Source of the DNA: Podarcis vaucheri
Lineage: Eukaryota
Assembly (NCBI GenBank): GCA_965113315.1
Contig: OZ220363.1
Length of the DNA: 64,000 bases
Strand: one strand, 5' to 3'
Below, piece after piece: positions 50,661 to 64,000 of this stretch (position 1 is the first letter of the stretch; every line of letters begins with the position of its first letter). The notes beneath the pieces are model-generated. The model saw only the letters and a list, made by a program, of their open reading frames with translations, searched no databases and had not been told where the DNA came from. The translations under genes and the position numbers were made by a program.

Positions 50661-53108
50661 ATGAGCCCATTTTTGACAATAGATGCAGATCCACAGAGGG
50701 AGCACCCTGAGTTCAACTGGAGCATCCCCACCAGCAGATTTGGAATGGCACGTGCTTGTAATTCTTTGCCTGCATGCAAGACTGCCTGAATCAAGGCAGC
50801 AGCATCTTGCAAATGCCTCTGGTGTGCAGGGAAGGAAGAGGGGTGAAACTCCTTCCTTCCAACAACCAGCCCTGTTTCCTTCACCATACACTAACTAGCC
50901 TCATACCTCACCACAAAACACAACATAATTGCAGTTTTGACATTTGTTTTTGATGTCTTTCGCAGAGCAATCAATGCTCTGAATTAAAGCGCCACAAAGA
51001 CACATGCTCAGTGGTGGCCACACACACAGCCCTGCTTACAATATGCAAAAGTTACATAATCAAAACAGGCAAGAAAGACTTCATGAATTTCAGAGTGACT
51101 AAATATTTACTATCTTCCTTTACCATTAGAGCTAAAGCTACCAGTGCAATCCTATACATGTGTACTGAGAATTAAAGCCCCACTGCATTCCATGGAAGAC
51201 AGTTGCAGAAAACAGGACTACTGCTTAAATACTGCTTTTTAAACGACATCTGACTATTTGACTATGTAAGAGAAATATATACAGAGGAATCAATGGGATA
51301 CAAGGCTGTAAGTGAGAAGGGAGGTATATCAGATGCCAGTGTACAAATCTGTGGAGCGGTTACGTTTAAGATGCTGTGCACAGTTCTGGTCACCCCATGT
51401 TGAAAAACATTATAAAGAACAGAAAAATGCAGCCAAAAGCAGCAAAGAGCTGGAGCAATTTACCTTTTAGCAAAATCTAAAGCAGGGATAGGGCAGCTGT
51501 GGCCTTTCAGATGTTGGACTACAGTTCCCATCCTCCCTGACCACTAGACAGGGTCCCATGGCTGAAGCTGATGTGTCACCACATGGTGAGATAAGTAAGG
51601 GGTGAGCATATCTGTCCATTTTGGCTCCTCTCAGTTTCTCATTTTTCCAATCTTAAATTAAGTTTACCACACTTCCACATCAGTTTGTGATTTATTTATT
51701 TTTAAAGTCCTCATGAAAAACCATCAGTATTTTAGAGCACATTACTCCTAAGACACACATTTCCACAAGCAGTTTTACCAAACATAATCCATTTTGTATG
51801 TTGTTGTCACCAACATGTGTGTTTTTATGTACACTTTCCACTAAAGTAGTACATATGGGGGGGGGGGTTGGAGAACTGCGTTGCAAAATTCAAAAGAGTG
51901 CACACTTTGAGGGATTGTTCCATTTGGGTTCATATATTGCTTCAGGAAGTGAGAATTGGGTAGGTTCACATTGAAGTGCCAAGTGAACTGACTTTGCTTC
52001 CCCTACCATATTCACACGGCTCCCAAACCACAAGGTGAGCCACTACCACATCATGTGGCAACAGCCATCTCACTGGTTTGCTTAAGATGACCTCTGTGAA
52101 AGCGTACGGTGTTCACAAGGGCGAAACACTTCCAGAGCCCTCTCCACTGAACTGCTTTCCTTTTGTTCTTTCAAATTCTTGATTGTTGTAATCCTAGCCA
52201 CACGCTCACAGCCTGACATATTTGTTCTGCTGACCAAATGGCGAATGGCGGTTCTCGCCTGTCTCAACACTAATGGCAGTAGCTGTTATAAAAAGTGACA
52301 GTTTACAAACACTCTGTGCTCCCTTTTGCTACTGATCTCATGTTATGTTTTCTGAGTAATGGCTGCTTCCTAAGCAACAAAGCTGGTTTAATGGCCTTAT
52401 CAGCCACATTGCCATAGCAGATTCCGTGTGAGCATACCATGCATTCCTTTCCCATGTATATCAATTAAAATGTCTCACTGCATAGCCTGGCATGGATAAG
52501 GCAAAAGAACAGATTTCTACCAGTTGTCTTTTCACAATTTCAGCCGCACGTATACAATGCTACAGTCAGGATGCATGTTGACTCTCTTCACAAAACAATG
52601 TTTTTAAGCTGTCAATCCACTGGGCTATCTTTATTCAGATAATTCCAAAACCTGTAGAAAAAAAATAAGGGCTGACTCCAAGTTGGACAAAGTGGGGGGT
52701 GGCAGCAAATGTGGAATGGTCGTGATTTTTAATTTGTTTTCACTTTGTGCATCACCAAAAACCTGTGGCTGATAAACTGAATGAATAATTATCTTGGTGG
52801 GTTCTGGCAATGGCAACAGCAGGTGGTGCCAGCAGTTGCCACCATTTAACTTTCCTGCAATGCCCACGAAATAGTGTCACCCCAGGGCACGTTGATAAAT
52901 TCAAATGGTGGCTCCCAGTGCAGCCCTTTTAAGAGGAGGGGCCCAGGAAAGGCTACAGCAGAGGACTCTGCGGGGACATTAAGGCTCTGCACAGCTGCTA
53001 GGCCTGAAAATTCTCCACAGGATATGGCGACACCATCACAACCTTCTGCTGAAATCTGGCCTTACCAGAAGCTTTTCACATGGCTGACTACCTGAGCCAT
53101 CTTCAGTA

Positions 53109-53351
53109 CAATGGTACCTCGGGTTACATACGCTTCAGGTTACATATACTTCAGGTTACAGACTCCGCTAAGCCAGAAATAGTACCTTGGGTTAAGAACT
53201 TTGCTTCAGGATGAGAACAGAAATCGCGTGGCAGCGGCAGCAGCAGCAGCAGGAGGCCCCATTAGCTAAACTGGTGCTTCAGGTTAAGAACAGTTTCAGG
53301 TTAAGAATGAACCTCTGGAATGAATTAAGTTCTTAACCAGAGCTACCACTG
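53109..53351. mobile_element. Same MITE family, opposite orientation to the 19593 copy
   Basis: TIRs CAATGGTACCTCGGGTTA / TAACCAGAGCTACCACTG, TA flanks. Confidence 0.85.
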
Positions 53352-53671
53352 TACAAGCAACTTTAGGGGCATTGTTAGACAGAGGTTGGAGAACTCCCAC
53401 CCTCCAGCCTCCCTTCCCCACAACCACCACCTTTCAGTTTGAAAGGTGAATTTCATTTGAAATTCAGTCATTGAATTGTTATTCAGGAGTACCTAGATCT
53501 CTGGCCAGTATACTTATTCCCCCAAACAGACTGACCATTATAAGCCTAGGTCTATTGGAGCCTCACCTTTCCAACAGTACTATGATGGTTTCTAGGAGAT
53601 GATTATTTACCCTTTCCCCCTGTCTCTTTGAACTCAATGCATGCTGTGAATCCGCAGAGCCAAACCAGCTA

Positions 53672-53906
53672 CAGTGGTACCTCGGGTTAGACACTTCAGG
53701 TTACAGACGCTTCAGGTTACAGACTAACCCAGAAATAGTACCTCAGGTTAAGAACTTTGTTCCAGGATGAAAACAGAAATCACACGACAGCGGTGCGGCG
53801 GCAGTGGGAGGCCCCATTAGCTAAAGTGGTTCCTCAGGTTAAGAACAGTTTCAGATTAAGAATGGACCTCCAGAATGAATTAAGTTCTTAACCCGGGGTA
53901 CCACTG
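53672..53906. mobile_element. Same MITE family, second copy 320 bp from the previous one
   Basis: TIRs CAGTGGTACCTCGGGTTA / TAACCCGGGGTACCACTG, TA flanks. Confidence 0.87.
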
Positions 53907-56642
53907 TATTCCTGTTACAGACATACTATATTGGTGCCTCGCTCCAGTTACACACAAGGAAATTTAACTGGATGGTGGTACACAACAACACGATTGCTTC
54001 CAGGTGATGCGCTGCATCTTCCATTTCCCTCACATAATGATCCTCATCCCTGCTCTTGTGAGAAAAATGACTGGACAAAAAACCCTTGGAGTGTTTTATC
54101 ACAGAGAACAATAGAATAGAGGAAGGACAAGAGTCAAAATAAAAATCTTTTCAGCAACTTCCCTGGGCAAAGTCTTTGCAAGAATAATCCCTTGTAAGTC
54201 TATAACTGAAATCATGAGTGCTACCTAAGTGCTCACGCCAAAATCAATGGGCTCTGTCCTGGCACGGCGACAAATGTTCCGCTGCTATGTCTTGCAGAGA
54301 CACGAGTAATGTGCTTCACTTGTTAAATCAGAGTATGGCATATATCCTGGGAACAATGGATAAGACCTCCTATCGCTCTCCAAAAATCACTGGCACGCCT
54401 ATTCTAAATACTTAGAAAGCTGCATAAGTGTGCTGAGTCTTCTGGCAGCCTGTCACCCTGCTGAAATTCAAAACTGGCCTAAGAACAATCCTGCTTCTCT
54501 TCATAACTCCACTCTCCCTATATTCATTTTGTATAAAGCACCTGTTAAAAGTAATTCCAGAAGCGGGGCAGGGGGTAGGAAAGAAATTGGAAGGATATTT
54601 CACTTGCATTTTAGCAAGAGAGGAAAGAACAGTGAAAATCAAGATTTTTTACTAGATGCATGTATATCGGACAGGTACCCATATCTGGTGGACAAGCGGT
54701 TCTTTTTGTCAATGGCTCTGAGGATGTTGGGTTTTTTAATCAAGCGAGATATAAATTTTATGAAATGAATAAAAACACCTTGCAGCTCAGCAAACCTTAC
54801 AGGGCAGCCTATGTCATGGAAATATTTATTTCTCTTTCTTTGTTTTGCCATGTAATTACAGGCACGCCATCTTCCAGCTTCATAATTAACTAGAGCGCAT
54901 GGCTTGATTACTGTACAGTGAGGAATGGGATATGTTGATGTTAACTGAAGGCTCTTAGATTTCATTATTCATATAATGATGTTGCGATCCCTGGGGCTGA
55001 GGAAAAAAACCTGAGAATGCTCATGCAGCAAATAAATATGGTCTCAGCAATCAGATGGAGCCCAGGTGGTCTGCACCCCTACTTATCCACCATTCTTTAA
55101 AAGCATATTGTCCTTATATCCCTCCCTGCTGCTACCAGGGGAATGTCAGTGAGCTGATTGTTGGATGTAGAGATGGCATGGGGAGGCTCACCCATGAAGC
55201 TCTCTGTGTGCAACCTTAAGCAAGTTCCCACTGCTGCCTTAGCCTGGTCTACTCCCCAAAGTCATTTGTGAGGATGAAATTAAATAGCTGCAGAGCACTT
55301 TGCATGCTACAGAAATGCTACATTATGATCACTATGACTATTTATTAAATGTATTATTTGGCTTACGCTGAAGAGTAATAAAAATTACAGTGCAATATAA
55401 TTGCTTCAGAAACACATTTCATAATCAGAGCAGCCACTGGCTCCAGCTTCTTAGAGAAACAAACAAACAATTTTTTTCTGCTTTACACTCTCCATCCCAA
55501 GGCCCTTTTCTACTGCTTATAGGCACTTATTAGAATCAAGAACACTCCATATTCATTTTACACTATATTTCTTGCTTCAATATGTGAGGGCAAAAACTTC
55601 TCGTGTGCTTTCCCTTACATGTGTTAAGGGAAGATGGGGCCACAGAGCTCTAGACTCTAGACAGCATCATTTAGCATCAAGCTTCACAAGGCTATTTGGC
55701 CGCACTGCTGAGTTTTTGAACTGATGCAGTACGCAACACCTGTATCTACAGAAATGATCAATCAACATGAAAACAATTCTCTCTCCTTCTGGAGTTTCTC
55801 CACATCAAACCAAACAAGCATTCAGTGCTCCATGCAGTTCACATCTGGTCACCTCATCCAGGAGGGTTTGTTGCTGTTGCTGTTCCTGTGGTTTACTCTT
55901 CTGTATGTTTTATTGCCTCCAAGCCTGTTTATTTATCTAAACAAAAGCAACAAATACGTTGTTGTTCGTTTTGCCAACAAGCCTGAAATGGTAAGAGATT
56001 ACCAGCAGCTGACGAAAGAGAAGCATTTCCTGTCTCTGGTCTGGGCCAAGGACTTACTTCCCAGGATCCAGCTTAAAAGCCTTGGTGGCCCCAGTCCACT
56101 GTTTAGCAATTAAGAGGGTGGAACGGAAAATCATTTTTATTGGCAGTCACAGCAGAGGACTAAAACAAAAAAGGACCACAGAAATCAAGTCTCAAGGCAA
56201 AATAAACTTTAACCGCATACAGGGCCACCAGCACACTGATTGGAAAACAAGAGATGCTGAGAAATCCTCTCACCAAGTTAATATATAACACAGAAAATAT
56301 ATCTCAGAAAACTGGAAATCAACACTCCATGGTCAGGTTACTGCTGTTAAATGTGCACCTACTGGAATGTGAAGGAGCAAAACCACCTACAGTCATTCCC
56401 CTAACAGCAGGGGCTGTCACAAAAACTGCGAAAGAGAGTCGTTAGCCCCATTTTCACAAAGCAAAAATAAACAAATATTTAAATGCACACCATAAATTCC
56501 TTAAGGGCCATTTCAGTGTTGCCTAGGTAATCCAGGCTACCCGATAAAATCTTGATTCCTTGTCTTGCACTTCCCCAATTTGATGAGACACAAATATTGT
56601 ATTGGGACATATCCCAAAGCTTGAAACCTTTTTGCTAGTTCC

Positions 56643-56813
56643 GGGCTGTAGCTCAGTGCTAGAGGACATGTTTTGCATGCAGCAGGTCCCAGGTTCAATC
56701 TCTGGCATCTCCATGCAAGAAACCCTGTAGAGCCACTGCCAGTCAGCGAGGGCAATGCTGAGCTACAGAGACCAATGGTTTGACTTGGCAGAGGTCTGCT
56801 TCCTATGTTGCTA
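56643..56813 (+). mobile_element. Squam3-like tRNA-derived SINE
   Basis: A-box GTAGCTCAGTG, B-box GGTTCAATC, body CCACTGCCAGTCAG, CR1-like tail ACCAATGG...CTTCCTATGTT. Confidence 0.75.
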
Positions 56814-57213
56814 AGCCTAGCACTGCCGACAAAGGAAGATGTACTCCTGGCAGAGTGTCATTTTACATTGTAGGACAGCTAATAAACAAGCACTGATCAC
56901 ACAACGGATACCAGTGGCAACACATTTTCTTAATTCCCCTCTTCTCAGCACACTTTGCTCCATTTTGATCAATGCTCAATACCAGTATCATAACTTCACC
57001 ATTCTTCCCCCCACCCTTGAAGCATGACATGCTGCATAGCAGAGATGGGGAAGCTGTAGCCCACCATTTGTTAAGGGACTCAACAGCCAACCATCAAGGA
57101 CTATGGAAGTTGAGTTCTTCTAACGACATCTGGGGTGCCAGTGTTTCTCTAGCCCAGCTTCACAGAAAGCCCTTGTACCTTTGAGTAGATGGCTAGACAC
57201 ACCCTGTGTTCTC

Positions 57214-57221
57214 TGTGTGTG

Positions 57222-57257
<36 letters not shown>

Positions 57258-57260
57258 TGT
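57214..57260. repeat. Interrupted (TG)n microsatellite
   Basis: Direct reading. Confidence 0.95.
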
Positions 57261-59508
57261 GAAGATAAAGGAACGGACATTTGATGTTGACGATCTACAG
57301 GGTTACTTGGAATTAAGTGTACAGCAGCAAGAAATTGATGATGTCTCACCACAACACATCCATTCAGTTACTGATTGCTGAGGTTATAAGGAAATCTTTA
57401 ACTATTGGATGAACAAAGTAAAGGATTTTTTAAAGTAGGGAATTTTTATCTCCATCATACCCTGCTGAGACCTTCCCAAGGGCATCAGGTTGTCCACTGC
57501 TGTAATGAGAAGCCCAGTACAACAGTTCCTGTGTTCTTGATTAAACTGAACAACAGGCCGCCTTCCTTGCCCATATAAAGCTGCTCCAGTTCCAATGGAG
57601 CCCAATAGAATTTGTTTTGACTGGAGGTGACACTTCAGGGTTTCGCACTAAAATGAGCACTGCTCTCCAATACTCTTTAATTTAGCACTAGGCAGCTTTT
57701 TTCTATCAAGGGTCATGTTCCCTCAAGGGTAAGCAGTTGGGGGCCACATGCTGGCAGTCGACAAGGGCAAAGACAGTGGTGCTTGGGTGCAAAGCCAAAA
57801 GTGAGATGTGTACAACAGGCTTCTGGGGAAGGGATACTTTAGCTAGAGGTCTGAATTGAAAAGGCCCTTCACCCTCTCCTCCTTCCATTCACTTTGGTTC
57901 TCCTTCCCCACATTTCCACCTCTCCCTCCTGGCTCCCATCACCACTACATGAAAGTAGGTTTAGATTCCCTACTCCTGCTTTAACCAGACATGCCGGAGC
58001 TTCTACCTTGGGCTTTCTTGCATTTGCAGTCCAAATCCTCCCTATGCTCACAGATCTTGGGGGACAAAAGAAACCCTTTCCCTAGAACCATTTCGTTTGC
58101 CAATATTGTGCAAGCTTTAAGAATTCTGGCAAAGCTGAAGCTCTGCAAGATCCCTCTAAGGCTATGTCGACATTAGTGGCTTAAAATGCAATGAGGTCAT
58201 TGCCCCAATGTGCGTCAAGTCACATGCGCTAACTACTATACACACCGGGGGAGGCAGGGATGTCATCACCTGATGCACATTACCTTTTGGGTTTCCCCAT
58301 CCCTGCAGCACTCACCCCTCAGTCCAATTCATGAAGCTGTTATCTGTGCATGAGCTGTCATCCTTAAATGCACAAATCCTGTCTCAGATGTACACACACC
58401 TAAGCTAAACTGCAGAGTTAAGGTGCTTACAGGATAGCTCTGCATTGCGGGTAATGTCATGTGTACATGGATTCAAAAACCATCAGTGGGAGTGTGCTAG
58501 ATCCAGAGCACACAGTGTAATGCACACACGGCCTCAGTCATAAGCAGTGTAGACCAAAGCTTTTTAGCTAACTAATCCTGTTCTCTGGAGCAAGATGCTC
58601 ACCCAATACAAATTCTGACTTTAAAGCCTCCAAGCATTTAGGCAGCAGCACCTTTGAGCCACTTCACCATGTGAATCAGAAGGCTCCTATTTGTTCACTA
58701 CTGATTTAGCTTTCTCTAGCCATTGGGAAACACCTTTTCCGTTTCTAGCTCATTCAGTGCCATCTAGTGGCCAGCAACAATCTCAGTTGTGCTAAGTTTG
58801 TAGACTGTCAGTACCTTGGAAAAGAAAGTGAATGGAAGATCTATGAAAATCTCCCAGACCAATAAGCACATTCACAATAATGGATGAAAACATATTATAA
58901 TTTTTAAACAAAATAATAAAGGAAAACCACAGTCCAGTGTTTTGGTTGACAACAATGCATCAGAATTCCTAAAAAAATGGCATGCAAAAAAGCAAGTGGA
59001 ACAAATGAACTTTGAACATTTTATTATGTACAAGCTTTTATACTGTTGCACCTTTCTACTGTCACCCAGTTCCCTTTCATGAAGGAGCAATGTTAAAGGG
59101 ATTGGGGGGGGTGAAAGAAGAGGCAATAAAGCACACATGGGCACCCCAAACCCAGGGTTATATTACTTGAAAGTCATTTCAATATAACTTCTCATGAACT
59201 TTTGGGGCCACATGTTTTGTCATTTCTGAATCTATCTATCCCACATCATATCTCCCTGGTACCATGAGTGAATTGATTATGCTACTGAATTATCTATGTT
59301 GCGTATCAGAGAGAGGAAATGTGCCCATTCATTCTACTTGACTTTTTTGTGGTTTTAATGTCTTTATACATATTACCAGACATTGTTCACTGCCCTAGGA
59401 TCCTTTAGAGATGAAGTTTTGGGGGGAATTTTTTAAAGAGATATAACTTAACTAATGAATGAATATCTAGCTGTGACTAACAAAAAAGAAAGGTAAGTCA
59501 CTATTGCA

Positions 59509-59537
59509 AACACCACCACCACCACCACCACCACCAC
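59509..59537. repeat. (ACC)n microsatellite
   Basis: Direct reading. Confidence 0.93.
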
Positions 59538-62500
59538 CCCCCCGGTGGCAGGTGGGCAGGACTGATGCTGGGGGGGGGCTGCCTAATGTCACCTAAAAAG
59601 TACATGGCAAGCAAGAACTGAACCAGGGGGTCCTGTGTCATAGCTCAAACTCTTAGTCACCACGCTGCTTCTGTGTGCTTTTAACATTCTGATCTCAGCT
59701 ATCATGGGTTGAACAGAGAGATGCATCTTAATAAATATTGCAGTGAAGCCCCATTTCTACACAGAGACACTCACAGGGCAAGCCAACCCCCCTTTGTGTC
59801 AGGCTGTGGGGGGAGTTGGACTGGGCAGAGGTTTCCGTCCAGCCTTGTTGGGCCTCCTGTCACTCTTGACACAGAACTCCCCCTTGCACCTGCCAACTGT
59901 GTGGGCAGATACACATTGCGGGCAGTCAGTGGAAAACCTCAAAGCTTCACACCGGAGCAGCAATCTGCATCCCTCCCACTTGCTCACTTACTCAGTAATA
60001 CTTATGACATCATCGTGACTGAGTTCTCTTCTCCTATGCACATACCATTCTATGACCCTTTTAAAATTGCTATTTTGTTACTGAATTCTACAAAGCACAT
60101 CTATAGAGATTCAAAATAAAAGCATTCATGCAGCCCTTAGAGAAAGAGGGCAGGCTGCCTACCACATAGGAAATGCTCCTCTATTTTACAAACCTTTGGC
60201 TTTCTAAAAATGAGATAGTACTCTGTAAGCTTTACCCTTTGCTCTCAGCAGTGCTGAAATTTCATTTCCAAGCAGAAATCAAGGAATACTGTAGCTAACG
60301 AGGATGGACTGCCATGCTACTGGTGCTGGATCAATGCTAGCATAAGTATAATGCTAAGGATAAGATTTGGGTCCTTTCATTTTTTCTGGAAAGGCCATAA
60401 AGTTCACTGGCAGCCCTCTGTGGCATCTCTCATTCCCCACAGAACTCACTTCCAGCATTCTAGGCCTCAGCTGTCTCTTAGCAATTAAGGCAGACAGCTA
60501 CTCAGAGAACATACTGTATGCGGGATTCCTGTTTTTGGCAGGGGACAGACAAGCGTGAAGTACTAAGAAAGTGCTTAAATATTATTTTTTGGGGGGGAGT
60601 CGCAAATAAAAAATAGCAACTCCAATTATTTTGAAAGAAAGTCGTCATATTGCATTTTTCCTAGAATGAATAAGACTAGGGCATTCAAGAAGAATGGTAA
60701 CCTATTCCGAACCAGCAGAGGGAGCTGCAAAGTTGGTCAGAATTGTTTCCTACAGCTTAAGACCAGTGGAACCTTTAAATTAAATTAACATATTTTGACA
60801 TTTAGCGATAGGATCATATTACCACTGTAATTTACTTAAGAACTTACTTTAGGGGGCATAAAAATATATTCGGTCTTGTCTTTTTACCTTGAAAAACACT
60901 GAGCTGCTTTAAATTTATTTTTATTTTTAATGAGAGAAGGAGGAATAAGAAGAAGATGATTCTATACAACTACCCCAAAGTTAGCAAGTCTGGATAAATT
61001 CTTCTCCTGCTTTGATCTTAGCAGGTGGGACTGGATTTATTCATGTTCATAATCATACCACAAAATACTCCTACTTCGTACAGTTTTCTGGCCACACAGA
61101 AAATAACAGAGTTTCTATTAACATTGTTTATGGTGGGAGATGATTGTCAGCCATCCACCCCCAGACCTGAAGCATCATGCCCAGTCTAATAGTGTGAGGT
61201 ACTCTGTAAGTAAGAGGAATTGCCAATCATCCTGTACTTTCTCTTTCCCAAACATAGCCACAGTAATTCCCCAACCAGTTTGTTGTTGTTGTTGTTGGAA
61301 TACAGAATTTAACCAAACCCTCAGAAAGAGGCCAAGACCAAATTACATAAAATTATATCTCTCTTTCGCATATTTCAAATTGGTGCAAATGCTGTGTCAA
61401 TTTCAATGCAGGCAACATTTCATACAACAAGCAGCTTTCCAAGGAAAGTCTCGATGGGCTGTGTTCACATGCCCACATTGAATCCACTCATGTTTCTGCC
61501 CATGAACCGGAGGAACCTTGAACTAGACCTGTTTTATGCCCATAAAATTTATCTACTCCCAACAGCAAAGGTGGCTGATCACCAAACCCTTGCCCTTGCA
61601 GCCCCTTTCATTGAAACTCAGTTGCTGATGTTAAATAAATCCCTAACTAAACAACAATTATACTATGTAGACTTTAAAGGTTATGTAGAATTAAGACGTG
61701 CTATTTCCAAAAATTAAATATTTGTTGTCATTTTGAATTAAAGCCCACCATGAAGTATAGGGGGAAACTTTCAATGCCATGCTGGAAAATCTTCCCAAAC
61801 TCCAACTAACATCTTACAGTAGGCAAATCCAGAGATGGGACAATAATGAGAACTGCCCAGTATTTTCTATTACAATCCCTGCTTTTCAAGTACTTGCAAG
61901 CTTTGATGACATATAGTTTTGCTTTTCTCTCATTTCCCACCCCACCCCTCATTTTGTACTTGTGCTATCTGCCTGAAGGATGATTTTCAGAACTAAAAGG
62001 GTTCTGTTGTATTCGGGAATGAGACTGATTCACATACGTGACAAAGAAATGTTCCGACTAACTTCATTGCTTCTGGGATTGGAAATTAGGAAGGCTGACA
62101 TTGGGCAAGATCCAACATCTGAGAAGCAGCTTTTATGTATGTACAATGCATGTTAAGTGCTTTGAAGTGCATTGTATACATGCTAGATTGAATTTTATTT
62201 ATTTAAGTTGATTTAAAATATCACAAAAATGTTTTCGGGGGTTTTTTAACTCAGAAACTATGAAACTGAAGGCATTAAGCTGATGGCCACTGTCAACAAA
62301 AGCTGTAGCAGGAACAAAAATTCCCATTTCACAGCATGATTATTTGAAGGCAGGATGATTAAATATAAATGAAACAGGGGGCCAAAAGGCATGATGAGGA
62401 AGGCGGCATTTCCATTATCTTGCACTCCTAAGTGACATAAGCATCGCATATGGGGGATAGGATTACTTAGTTAAAGAATCATTCCACAGTTCTATATATT

Positions 62501-63371
62501 TAATGCAGCCAAGTAATTTCTACTCAAGAAGAGATCACAGCTCATCCTTGATTGCAAGACAACATATTTCTCTCTCTTCTTGCCCAACCCAAGCCACCCA
62601 CTGCCACTTCTGACCTAGGTAGGCCAGAGTTTCCTCTGCCCACCTCTCAACTGGGCAGGCTACTGCTAGAATGAATGAAAAAGGGGAAAGAGAGGAAGAA
62701 AGGGCAATCCACACACCCCAACCCATTCCATTAATGTGTGAGTAAAGAGCAACAATTTCTCTGGAGCTTGGTCATATTGGCCTTCCCCACAGCTAGTGTG
62801 AAAAGTGTCTGCTTATAAATAAATAAATAAAACCTCTGCTGCTGAGTAGGAAGTCTGGCCATTTGTGCTCAGGCAGCTCAGTTGACTGGCAAACAGCTGA
62901 GCCCAAAATATACGAGTGCACAGAGATCCCAGGTCTCACAAACTCTGACCAGAGTTAAAGGGACTTTATAGCCCAGCTGTGTAATGGAAAGATGATATAT
63001 ACAAAAAGTAGCAAGTCAATATGGCTGTATGTACACATGTACAGAGTTTTTAACTGCATCGTAAAATGAGGCAGAGGCTCTTTGTCTACATGGCCATTTC
63101 CTCCAGCTATCACCCAGTGAGCATCCTGATTTGAAGCCTGGTCTTCTAGGTCCTAGTCCAAAACACTAGACCACACTGGCTCTAAAAAACCCAACCCAAT
63201 GTGTACAATAATCCTTACCCAAAAAAACAACCTGTAAGGTAAATCCGTACTATCATCTCCCATTTTGCTGAGTTTGAGAGGCCAGCTTGCTAAGGTCACA
63301 CAGGAAGACAGCAAGTGTGACTTAGCACTGTTGCTTTTTCTGCCCTGAGACAAAATGCATAGATCAACTTA

Positions 63372-63604
63372 GAGAGTTCTCTGCCACAGGATGTAGAAAT
63401 AGGCACCAGCTTAGATGCCTTTAAAGGGAGGGATTAGATAAATTCATGGAGGATGAGGCTATTTATGCCCATTAGTCCCGATAGCTGTATACCTCCAGAA
63501 TCAGAGGCAGCACAATACCGAATGCCAATCACTGGGGAGTAAAAATAGGACAACAACCCCTGTGCTCCTGTCCTGCTTGGGGACTTCCTAGAAGTACCTG
63601 GCTG
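63372..63604 (+). mobile_element. CR1 LINE 3' end fragment
   Basis: TTAGATG.CTTTAAAGGG.GGATTAGA.AAATTCATGGAGGA..AGGCTAT motif. Confidence 0.7.
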
Positions 63605-63612
63605 AAAACTGC

Positions 63613-63754
63613 AGAATCACAGAATTGTAGAGTTGGAAGGGACCCAGCAGGACATCTAGTCCAACCCCCTGCAATGCAGAAATCCTTTTGCCCAATGTGG
63701 GGCTTGAACCCACAACCCTGAAATCAAGAGTCTCATGCTCTACTGACTGAGCTA
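63613..63754 (-). mobile_element. tRNA-Lys(CTT)-derived SINE with CR1-type 3' tail
   Basis: The minus strand reads TAGCTCAGTCAGTAGAGCATGAGACTCTTGATTTCAGGGTTGTGGGTTCAAGCCCCACATTGGGC, then GGGTTGGACTAGATG...CCCTTCCAACTCTACAATTCTGTGATTCT. Confidence 0.82.
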
Positions 63755-64000
63755 ACTTGATGGATTATTGTTGTGACGCATCCATGCTGGGGCATCCTTG
63801 TGTAAGGAGCTCACACTGGAAAACCAACAGGCACACCATATAAAACAGCAGCGTGTCTGTGGCTGGGGTAATGCTTCCCACTCTTAGAATAGATTAAAGG
63901 CTACACCATCAAGAAGTGTAGATAACAGCCGCAAGAATGCTCAGAACAAGTGAAATGATAACATTCCACATCCTAAGCAAGAGAGCACTTGGGACGGTTT

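Noticed and set aside
55724-56113. 129-aa ORF with a hydrophobic, transmembrane-like stretch
   Set aside because: The hydrophobicity comes from T-rich low-complexity sequence; no recognised homology or splice support.
56643-56713. tRNA gene (Cys/Ala-like)
   Set aside because: Degenerate stems, and it continues into a SINE body and tail.
63690-63754. tRNA-Lys gene
   Set aside because: The 5' acceptor-stem strand is missing, several positions are mutated, and it is fused to a CR1-type tail, so it is a SINE.
37000-64000. COL18A1 short-isoform exons 1-2 or a neighbouring gene
   Set aside because: I recognised no signal-peptide exon with proper splice sites and no CpG island. Small exons could have been missed by eye.
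1-64000. A novel multi-gene biological system
   Set aside because: Everything coding that I can support is COL18A1 or decayed transposons; the remaining 60-150-aa ORFs look like random intronic ORFs.

Overview
Eukaryotic genomic DNA from a squamate reptile, most likely a lacertid lizard. The basis is Sauria/Squam1 SINEs with (ACCTTT)n tails, a Squam3-like SINE, a Bov-B-like RTE end and CR1/L2 relics. The window holds the 5' part of COL18A1 (collagen XVIII alpha-1, the endostatin precursor) on the minus strand. Four coding exons can be placed with GT-AG boundaries and matching phases: the promoter-2 first exon (signal peptide, DUF959-like region and Frizzled CRD; CDS 36466-34936, with a probable internal donor at 35833 for the medium isoform), the 545-nt TSPN/LamG exon (12723-12179), and two small exons (4408-4325 and 3193-3128). 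The collagenous and endostatin exons lie beyond position 1. The short-isoform exons 1-2 were not found and probably lie beyond 64000. The rest is intron or upstream DNA filled with SINEs, LINE fragments, MITEs and microsatellites, and nearly all short ORFs in the track are spurious. I found no new multi-gene system. The best leads are splicing features of COL18A1. (1) A branch point + 20-nt pyrimidine tract + CAG|GTAAGC site (recursive-splice-site architecture) lies 62 nt after the Frizzled exon. (2) An exact 18-nt tandem duplication of a 5' splice site gives two identical in-frame donors (+VSDSDM) next to a glycosaminoglycan attachment motif. (3) A MITE carries a perfect 31-bp hairpin. All family and orthology calls come from recognition, not from database searches.
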